Below are positions 53,979-64,000 of a DNA stretch of 64,000 nucleotides, piece by piece; position 1 is the stretch's first letter, and each line of letters opens with the position of its first letter. The stretch covers positions 2,170,001-2,234,000 of the forward strand of contig OX597829.1 of NCBI GenBank assembly GCA_951406725.2. The letters are read 5' to 3'. Source of the DNA: Octopus vulgaris. Taxonomy: Eukaryota. Below the pieces are notes generated by a model, which was not told where the DNA came from, made no database searches, and saw nothing but the letters and a program-made list of their open reading frames with translations. Position numbers and translations under genes: made by a program.

Positions 53979-54216
53979 TAAATTAGGGTATCTACGAGAT
54001 GCCACCATGCTGAAGATAGTAGCCATGATCTGACTCTAAAACCACCTTAATTGTCAGTGGTTTTAGAGTGAGATCATGGCTGCTATTTTCAGCATGGTGG
54101 TATCTCGTAGATACCTTGATTTATAATTTTAATAATTATTACCTTTGAAGGTTATTTTTTTTCAATGCTGACCACTTGATAAAATCGTTATTTTATTTTT
54201 AAATTAACGATCTTAT

Positions 54217-54312
<96 letters not shown>

Positions 54313-54886
54313 CACAAACCTCTAGCATGTTGAATGTAGACGGACAGGACAAGATGAGAGAATTCTAAAAAGAGATTAGACATTGCTGTACTTGGATGTT
54401 TCGCCCTTGATTATTTGATACACGAATAAATCAATTAATCAATGAATGCATTAACCACCTGTGGCTCTTCGGAAAGAACAATTATCGCTGAAGAGCCACA
54501 GATGGTTAATGAATTGATTGATTAATTGATTAATTAGTGTATTAAATCATTAAGGATGAAACTGCAAAGTATGGGGATGACTAATCTCCCTTTTGAATTC
54601 TCTCAAATTGCCCTGCCTGCCCACACGGGCTAAAATAAGAACAGATTTCGTGGTTTGTGATTTAACTCCTGTTTCTAGCATGTTGGAAAACCACTTAGTG
54701 GCTTTTCCCTTTGTGTGTAATCTTTATACACACATATAATATATATATAAAGATATATATGTATAAATATATACATATATATATGTGTGAGTATATACAT
54801 ATGTATATGTATATATATGTATACATATATATATATATTGATTGATTCTAGTTTCAGCTTATGAGCTGTGGCCATGCTGGGGCACC

Positions 54887-54935
<49 letters not shown>

Positions 54936-54963
54936 AAGCATATATATGTATACATATATATGT

Positions 54964-54998
<35 letters not shown>

Positions 54999-55002
<4 letters not shown>

Positions 55003-58000
55003 CTCGAGCACAGCTAAGTTTGAATGCTTATCTTATTTTTATTTATTTTCACTTCACTTCACTTCTCGACCAATCATACATGTTTTCCTATCTGTTGTTA
55101 TTTATCTATCTAACTATTGTATCTAATTTCTCCTCTATTAACTCTTGCCCGACCAAGTCTCGCTCTATCATCCTTTTTCAACCTTCGCGCGTATTTGTCT
55201 ATCGATCTCCGCCATCTTTAAAGCCTGTTCCCTTAATACACTTCCGCCTTGTCCAAAAATTCCTTTCCGGTCAATTTCTTTACTTAAGGCAACAACATCT
55301 GCTCATTCACCTAGCGGCTATAATCTCGAGCACAGCTAAGTTTGAATGCTTATCTTATTTTTATTTATTTTCACTTCACTTCACTTCTCGACCAATCATA
55401 CATGTTTTCCTATCTGTTGTTATTTATCTATCTAACTATTGTATCTAATTTCTCCTCTATTAACTCTTGCCCGACCAAGTCTCGCTCTATCATCCTTTTT
55501 CAACCTTCGCGCGTATTTGTCTATCGATCTCCGCCATCTTTAAAGCCTGTTCCCTTAATACACTTCCGCCTTGTCCAAAAATTCCTTTCCGGTCAATTTC
55601 TTTACTTAAGGCAACAACATCTGCTCTCTCATTCATTCACCTAGCGGCTATAATCTCGAGCACAGCTAAGTTTGAATGCTTATCTTATTTTTATTTATTT
55701 TCACTTCACTTCACTTCTCGACCAATCATACATGTTTTCCTATCTGTTGTTATTTATCTATCTAACTATTGTATCTAATTTCTCCTCTATTAACTCTTGC
55801 CCGACCAAGTCTCGCTCTATCATCCTTTTTCAACCTTCGCGCGTATTTGTCTATCGATCTCCGCCATCTTTAAAGCCTGTTCCCTTAATACACTTCCGCC
55901 TTGTCCAAAAATTCCTTTCCGGTCAATTTCTTTACTTAAGGCAACAACATCTGCTCATTCACCTAGCGGCTATAATCTCGAGCACAGCTAAGTTTGAATG
56001 CTTATCTTATTTTTATTTATTTTCACTTCACTTCACTTCTCGACCAATCATACATGTTTTCCTATCTGTTGTTATTTATCTATCTAACTATTGTATCTAA
56101 TTTCTCCTCTATTAACTCTTGCCCGACCAAGTCTCGCTCTATCATCCTTTTTCAACCTTCGCGCGTATTTGTCTATCGATCTCCGCCATCTTTAAAGCCT
56201 GTTCCCTTAATACACTTCCGCCTTGTCCAAAAATTCCTTTCCGGTCAATTTCTTTACTTAAGGCAACAACATCTGCTCTCTCATTCATTCACCTAGCGGC
56301 TATAATCTCGAGCACAGCTAAGTTTGAATGCTTATCTTATTTTTATTTATTTTCACTTCACTTCACTTCTCGACCAATCATACATGTTTTCCTATCTGTT
56401 GTTATTTATCTATCTAACTATTGTATCTAATTTCTCCTCTATTAACTCTTGCCCGACCAAGTCTCGCTCTATCATCCTTTTTCAACCTTCGCGCGTATTT
56501 GTCTATCGATCTCCGCCATCTTTAAAGCCTGTTCCCTTAATACACTTCCGCCTTGTCCAAAAATTCCTTTCCGGTCAATTTCTTTACTTAAGGCAACAAC
56601 ATCTGCTCTCTCATTCATTCACCTAGCGGCTATAATCTCGAGCACAGCTAAGTTTGAATGCTTATCTTATTTTTATTTATTTTCACTTCACTTCACTTCT
56701 CGACCAATCATACATGTTTTCCTATCTGTTGTTATTTATCTATCTAACTATTGTATCTAATTTCTCCTCTATTAACTCTTGCCCGACCAAGTCTCGCTCT
56801 ATCATCCTTTTTCAACCTTCGCGCGTATTTGTCTATCGATCTCCGCCATCTTTAAAGCCTGTTCCCTTAATACACTTCCGCCTTGTCCAAAAATTCCTTT
56901 CCGGTCAATTTCTTTACTTAAGGCAACAACATCTGCTCTCTCATTCATTCACCTAGCGGCTATAATCTCGAGCACAGCTAAGTTTGAATGCTTATCTTAT
57001 TTTTATTTATTTTCACTTCACTTCACTTCTCGACCAATCATACATGTTTTCCTATCTGTTGTTATTTATCTATCTAACTATTGTATCTAATTTCTCCTCT
57101 ATTAACTCTTGCCCGACCAAGTCTCGCTCTATCATCCTTTTTCAACCTTCGCGCGTATTTGTCTATCGATCTCCGCCATCTTTAAAGCCTGTTCCCTTAA
57201 TACACTTCCGCCTTGTCCAAAAATTCCTTTCCGGTCAATTTCTTTACTTAAGGCAACAACATCTGCTCTCTCATTCATTCACCTAGCGGCTATAATCTCG
57301 AGCACAGCTAAGTTTGAATGCTTATCTTATTTTTATTTATTTTCACTTCACTTCACTTCTCGACCAATCATACATGTTTTCCTATCTGTTGTTATTTATC
57401 TATCTAACTATTGTATCTAATTTCTCCTCTATTAACTCTTGCCCGACCAAGTCTCGCTCTATCATCCTTTTTCAACCTTCGCGCGTATTTGTCTATCGAT
57501 CTCCGCCATCTTTAAAGCCTGTTCCCTTAATACACTTCCGCCTTGTCCAAAAATTCCTTTCCGGTCAATTTCTTTACTTAAGGCAACAACATCTGCTCAT
57601 TCACCTAGCGGCTATAATCTCGAGCACAGCTAAGTTTGAATGCTTATCTTATTTTTATTTATTTTCACTTCACTTCACTTCTCGACCAATCATACATGTT
57701 TTCCTATCTGTTGTTATTTATCTATCTAACTATTGTATCTAATTTCTCCTCTATTAACTCTTGCCCGACCAAGTCTCGCTCTATCATCCTTTTTCAACCT
57801 TCACGCGTATTTGTCTATCGATCTCCGCCATCTTTAAAGCCTGTTCCCTTAATACACTTCCGCCTTGTCCAAAAATTCCTTTCCGGTCAATTTCTTTACT
57901 TAAGGCAACAACATCTGCTCTCTCATTCATTCACCTAGCGGCTATAATCTCGAGCACAGCTAAGTTTGAATGCTTATCTTATTTTTATTTATTTTCACTT

Positions 58001-58471
58001 CACTTCACTTCTCGACCAATCATACATGTTTTCCTATCTGTTGTTATTTATCTATCTAACTATTGTATCTAATTTCTCCTCTATTAACTCTTGCCCGACC
58101 AAGTCTCGCTCTATCATCCTTTTTCAACCTTCGCGCGTATTTGTCTATCGATCTCCGCCATCTTTAAAGCCTGTTCCCTTAATACACTTCCGCCTTGTCC
58201 AAAAATTCCTTTCCGGTCAATTTCTTTACTTAAGGCAACAACATCTGCTCTCTCATTCATTCACCTAGCGGCTATAATCTCGATCACAGCTAAGTTTGAA
58301 TGCTTATCTTATTTTTATTTATTTTCACTTCACTTCACTTCTCGACCAATCATACATGTTTTCCTATCTGTTGTTATTTATCTATCTAACTATTGTATCT
58401 AATTTCTCCTCTATTAACTCTTGCCCGACCAAGTCTCGCTCTATCATCCTTTTTCAACCTTCGCGCGTATT
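54999..58471. repeat. Tandem array of a 330/322-bp unit, 10 full copies plus a partial copy
   Basis: Unit begins taatctcgagcacagctaag at 54999, 55321, 55651, 55973, 56303, 56633, 56963, 57293, 57615, 57945 and 58275. Units differ by an 8-bp indel; I saw only two substitutions (about 57803 and 58284). Confidence 0.98.
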
Positions 58472-58966
58472 CGCGGTGCACCCACCCTGCCCACCCCCAC
58501 CACCAATACCGGATATCTCTATATTTTTGCTCCATCTATACCGGATGTTGTTTCTCCCACCACCATTATAGGTGTCTACTCTTCGAATGCCCCCTCCTCA
58601 ATACGCTATTTTCACCATGCATTACCCTCTATCCTACGTTCTACTTGCCTAAGAACCTGTCATCATTCCTCTGAACCACCCCTCCCCACTGGTGCTCCCC
58701 TATATTTCTGCCCCCCCCCCCCATAATAAAAAGCACCATCCGAACGTGGCCGATGCCAGACCCTCTGGCACCTGTGCAGGTGGCACGTAAAAACACCCAC
58801 TACACTCGCGGAGTGGTTGGCGTTAGGAAGGGCATCCAGCTGTAGAAACACTGCCAGACTAGACTGGAGCCTGGGGCAGTCCCTAGCTCCCCAGACCCCG
58901 GTCGAAACCGTCCAACCCGTGCTAGCGCGGAAAACGGACGTTAAACGATGATGATGATGATGATGA

Positions 58967-59108
<142 letters not shown>

Positions 59109-59134
59109 TTTATTTTAAGCAGCAGAAAATTCAA

Positions 59135-59184
59135 CAAAATCTGTTACTCTGAGTTTCTCGTTGCCGTTCATCAGACAGTTTTTG
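59135..59184 (-). ncRNA. Minimal hammerhead ribozyme motif (copy 2, identical to 42310-42359)
   Basis: Same 50-nt motif inside a ~155-bp element (59107-59262) embedded in (TA)n. Confidence 0.65.
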
Positions 59185-59333
59185 CTAGAATGGAACTTAT
59201 ATATTAATTCAATCTATACTCTTACAAACGCTACACCTTTAAAAAGAAATGGACTTGTTTGATATATATATATATATATATATGTGTGTGTAAGCATATG
59301 TGTGTAAGCATATATATGTATACATATATATGT

Positions 59334-59370
<37 letters not shown>

Positions 59371-59485
59371 CAATATTTATATATGTGTGTATATATATTT
59401 GTACATGTATATATATATATATGTATGTATGTATATATGTATGTGTGTATTTATATATATATATATATATACACACACACATATA

Positions 59486-59552
<67 letters not shown>

Positions 59553-60135
59553 TAAGAAATGGAGTTAAACACAGGTCTTATTCAAATCTTTATACTTCCG
59601 ACATATGTTTTGAAGAAAATATCGATATGATTCTGGAGTGAATAAAATTATGTAAAGCAATGCAATCATCTCATGAGGGAAAAAAGAGAAACAAAACACA
59701 TCAATAAGCCATTTTAACCGAATGTGATTACCGCGTATATGATGAAGGGGAACACCGGCAAGTTGTGTGTCTGTGTCTGTGTGTATGTGTATGAGTGTGT
59801 GTGTGTTAAGACAATGGATCAGTGGAGGCATGTGCATGTAGAGTATGTGCACATACACATATACATTTATATTACAAACAGCTGCAGCAAAAATTCTTTC
59901 TTGATTTTGCATTCTTTTTTAAGTACTGGCAAAATATCTAATTCAATTTAAATTTTTGGCGTTAGGAAGGGCATCCAGCCGTAGAAACACTGCCAGATCA
60001 GACTGGGCCTGATGCAGCCTTCTGGCTTCCCAGACCCCAGTTGAACCGTCCAACCCATGCTAGCATGGAAAGCGGACGCTAAATGATGATGAAGTCAGTT
60101 TCTATATGAAATAATAGCTAAAACAAACAAACAGC

Positions 60136-60166
<31 letters not shown>

Positions 60167-61263
60167 TGCAGTACCAGGCAGTGGTTCTCGAGGCTTCTGA
60201 TCTTAACTGATTGGAAGTGTTATCATGTACATTGTTTTGTCTTGGTATAAAAGATGGGCTACAGCAAATATTCTGCTCAATACCACAGATTTGCTTGTCA
60301 GTTGTTTGACCTTAACCAGTTGAGCATGTCTCTTAGTGGCTGACGATATGTGCACCTCTGATCATGAGCAGAAGTAGTGGGAGAACATCATAGCTGTGTG
60401 TTGAAAGGAATTCTTTGGGGTTTGGATAATTTACCTTTGGAAACATGGGTGTTTCGTTCAACATCCTTAAACAACCCTTATTCAGGGACCTTTTGTGCGG
60501 GATGGGTTACTCGACCAGAAGAAAATTCTAACTGGGCCCCACCTGCAATGTCATATGCCATATATCTTGATATCAGATCACCATGTCATGCACATATTGT
60601 TGTGATGCATGTACCTAATGTACCCATATCAAACGGGTAGTCATGATGGGTATATTGGGCTTCGTATTACTCCAGTCTCACTTTGATAGCATGCACTGCT
60701 CTCTCACTCAATAATGATGATGATGATGATGATGACAATAATAATAATCCTTTCTATTATAGGTACAAAACTACAAATTTTGGGTGAGGGTGCTGGTTGA
60801 TTAGATCAACCCTCATACACAACTGGTACTTAATATATATATATATACATATACACACACACACACACACACACATATGATGGACTCTCCAATCAAAAAT
60901 GACATATGAGTGCTCAGCTTTTGCCAAATGACCTGCACAAAAGATCTGTTTATAATGATCAAATGTTCGTGCTGCATATTAGCTTACTCTCTCTCCATCA
61001 AATCCATTGTCTGGACAGGTGCACCAAGTGTTCCATAAGTCAAATGTGAAAACGATCACTGAGCAAGATGAGATGAAGTGTTTTGCTCAAGAACACAATG
61101 CACCACCTAGTCTAGGAATTGAAATCACAATCTAGCAATCACGAGTGCAAAACTCCAACCACTAAGTCAAGTGCCCTCACATTTACATATGTATATGTAT
61201 ATAAAAATAATAAAAGGAAAATAGAGAGATTGAACTGACATATGTCAATTTATTAATATATTA

Positions 61264-61303
<40 letters not shown>

Positions 61304-61976
61304 TTGTTATTATTAATCCCTACAATCGTTTCAATTCAAACTCAAAACCAATAAAAAGTTTTAAAAATTCATAGCTTGGAAATATTTGGAGTAAAAATCT
61401 CCCCTGGGTAAACCAGGACAAAAATTACATATTAGGAGTTTGAGATCCTTAAACAGACTGAATTAATCAATATACATTCGTGTTTGTGAGAATGTCAATA
61501 ACTTTTTTTTAAAAATAAAATATATTTTTAAAAAAATGAAAAATAACATTTTTAAAGAGCAAAAAATAAAAAAATATATGTACATACACACACACACAAC
61601 AGACTTTCAGTTTCCATCTACCACATCCAGTCACAAGGTTTTGGTTGGCCTTGTATATGTATGTGTGTGTGTGTGTGTGTGTGTATATACACTACAAAGT
61701 AAGATAGGAGTTATGGGTGTAACCCACTATGGGATAATATGACTTTTAAAATCTGTATTTGTATTATTATCTTATCTATTGATTTATATAATATTTTTTA
61801 TATGCTTTTGATGTTCTAATTTGTAAAATGAATAAACAATATAACATTATAATATCCGTAAATTGATGAACAAACTAAATTTGTTTCTCCATTTTCTTAT
61901 TTGCATTCCACTGTAACTAGGTAAATAAAATCTTCGAACAGACGGTCAGTAGCGACACCTGCTGGTTCTGACTACG

Positions 61977-62017
61977 CTGCATTGATAAAGGGCAACAACC
62001 CTGAAACATGTCTGCAG
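61977..62017 (+). ncRNA. Degenerate minimal hammerhead ribozyme at the tip of a long rod-like hairpin
   Basis: CTGCA-tTGATaA-AGGG caacaa CCCT-GAAA-CATGTC-TGCAG. Perfect stems I and II, palindromic ACATGT stem III, GUC triplet. Two transitions in the CUGAUGA box. Confidence 0.6.
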
Positions 62018-62260
62018 ATGTCTGACTAGCAAGGTGAAGCGGCTGACCTCCCCTGTTCGAAGGTTGTAATGGATGCAGGTTCGTGTGTCATATAGCTAGC
62101 TAGAGGCGATGGCCTCTTGGAGCTAATCAGCGACAGCTTTAGTCTTATATTTATAGACTGCCATGTTAGTATGGCGATAACTAATAATATCCAGTAACGC
62201 TGCCGTAATCTCCTTTAGAGAGACTTAGTAATTTTAATATTTCTATTATATATATATATT

Positions 62261-62330
<70 letters not shown>

Positions 62331-62332
<2 letters not shown>

Positions 62333-62670
62333 GCATGGAACAACAAAGTGTAAATGATTTAAGAGGAAAACTGGATATAAGAAGCATCAAATGTTTTGTG
62401 CAAGGAAGACTGTGCTGGTTTGGTAATGTGGTGTGTATGAATGAGGACAACTGCATGAAGATGTGGCAATCTCTAATTATGGAGGGAATCCAGGGAAGAG
62501 GTAGGTCCAGGAAAACATGGGATGAGGTGGTGAAATATGATCTTCAGTTGTTGTGATTCATGGAGGTAATGACAAGTGACCGAGACTTTTGGCTAATTGC
62601 CATGCTTAAGAAGACACGTCAAGGTAAGTGAAACTGTGACCATGGCCAGTACTGGTGACACGTAAAAGGC
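62331..62670 (+). mobile_element. RTE LINE 3' fragment
   Basis: LRGKLDIRSIKCFVQGRLCWFGNVVCMNED ... GRGRSRKTWDEVVKYDL, running into the same 3' UTR repeat motif (cacgtaaaag) seen in the (ATG)n-tailed repeats. Confidence 0.8.
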
Positions 62671-62687
62671 CTATATACTATATATAT

Positions 62688-63003
62688 ATCACCGTGATCA
62701 CCGTGACCGACCAGGCTATCAGATGTTGCTACACATCGCTGGTCACAATGTGCTTCTCATTGTTTTAGCCTTCAAATAACGCCACCCCACTGGCTAAGTG
62801 AGCAGGCCAACAGAAGAAAGAGTGAAAGAAAGTTATGGCGAAAGAGTACAGCAAAGATCGCACCCCGCCCCTCTGCTGGAGCCTCATGGAGCTTTAGGTG
62901 TTTTCGCTCAATAAACACCCACAATGCCCGGTCTGGGAATCGAAACAGCTATCCTAAAACCACAAGTCCGCTGCCCTAACCACTGGGCCATTGTGCCTCC
63001 ACA
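62688..63003 (-). mobile_element. tRNA-head SINE family D
   Basis: Minus-strand head GTGGAGGCACAATGGCCCAGTGGTTAGGGCAGCGGAC ... GTTTCGATTCCC. The 3' part recurs at 13335-13470. Confidence 0.8.
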
Positions 63004-63137
63004 TATACTAGCATGAAAAACAGACGTTAAACGATGATGATGATGATATCTACTCAGATTATACTTTGTAGATGTTTAGATTGGAACACTGATGTCAACC
63101 TATGGATGTCTGGAACCCATGCTGGGTAAGTCCATAA

Positions 63138-63452
63138 AGGGTAAACACCCCTTTGGTCATAAATGACCATGGGGTTACACCTAGAAAGTTACCCTCTGAG
63201 GAACTAGTCCAGGCAAGTTTGTTTATGAAAGACCAAGAGTTGCCAGTGCATACCAGTCGCCCTCTCTCCATGCCACCCATGTTGAAGGGAAAGACAAAGG
63301 CTGATCAACTCATTTCTACAGCTGAGTGAACAGGAGTAACACAAAATAAAAAGTGTCTTCTTCAAGAACACAACACACAGACTGGCCTAGGAATCGAACT
63401 CACTACCTAATGGGTTGTGAGCCCAATGCTGTAACCACAGAGCCATGCACCT
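63138..63452 (-). mobile_element. tRNA-head SINE family E
   Basis: Minus-strand head with GAGTTCGATTCC B-box, then AAGACACTT ... GTTCACTCAGCTGTAGAAATGAG. A related copy lies at about 45365-45690. Confidence 0.75.
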
Positions 63453-63748
63453 GCACTAACACTTATACTAATCAGGAAAAAAGAAAAAGAAAGGAAGGAA
63501 GGAAGACTGAATGGAGGAAAGACAAAATAAAGAAAAACAAAAAAGAAAGATTGAAAGACGGAAAGCAACACAGACAGAAAGAAAAAGATAAAAAAAGAAG
63601 GAAGGAAAGAAAAGAGAGAAAGACACAAATAAAGGAATGGTAAATAATAAATCTGTCATTTGTTAATCCATGTTAATCCACCTACAATGACAATAATAAA
63701 GGCGCTGTTGGTCCATCCACCCTTACTGAAAGACACCTCAATAATGGT

Positions 63749-64000
<252 letters not shown>

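Noticed and set aside
54488-54512. CTGAAGA-GCCA-caga-TGGT as a hammerhead half
   Set aside because: It is not followed by GAAA and is better explained as part of the long hairpin arm.
54999-58471. CRISPR array or rDNA/snRNA tandem cluster
   Set aside because: There are no unique spacers, the context is eukaryotic, and I see no similarity to 5S, U snRNA or tRNA.
55020-58571. Repeated 100-142-aa ORFs in the tandem array, and a 48-aa minus-strand ORF (MNERADVVALSKEIDRKG...)
   Set aside because: They recur only because the DNA repeats. The 8-bp indel shifts their frames between units and they contain no recognisable domain.

Overview
AT-rich, microsatellite- and SINE-dense animal genomic DNA. 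The repeat families suggest an octopus or other coleoid cephalopod (inference). The one host gene I can support is a minus-strand polypeptide N-acetylgalactosaminyltransferase of the GALNT10 type. Its last seven coding exons can be read directly (38179-38002, 24533-24416, 22425-22315, 20579-20358, 18407-18300, 11691-11548, 276-112). All have GT-AG boundaries and consistent phase, and they encode the C-terminal half of the catalytic domain plus the ricin-type lectin domain. I found no earlier exon in 38180-64000, so that region is probably intron. The introns hold at least four tRNA-head SINE families, RTE and CR1/L2 LINE 3' remnants, Helitrons, a mariner relic, and piggyBac-, hAT- and Tc2-like non-autonomous elements. 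Most worth follow-up: (1) several unrelated minimal hammerhead-ribozyme motifs, mostly in small elements beside (TA)n tracts, and a series of asymmetric fold-back elements, together pointing to a Penelope-like/retrozyme-type system; (2) a near-homogeneous 10.6-copy 322/330-bp tandem array whose unit carries promoter motifs; (3) a 7SL (SRP RNA) copy with an internal deletion, abutting a SINE; (4) an ungapped ~130-bp-arm diverged hairpin; (5) a CpG-rich non-repeat island with a donor site inside a GALNT intron. Almost all ORFs in the supplied track are microsatellite or SINE artefacts.
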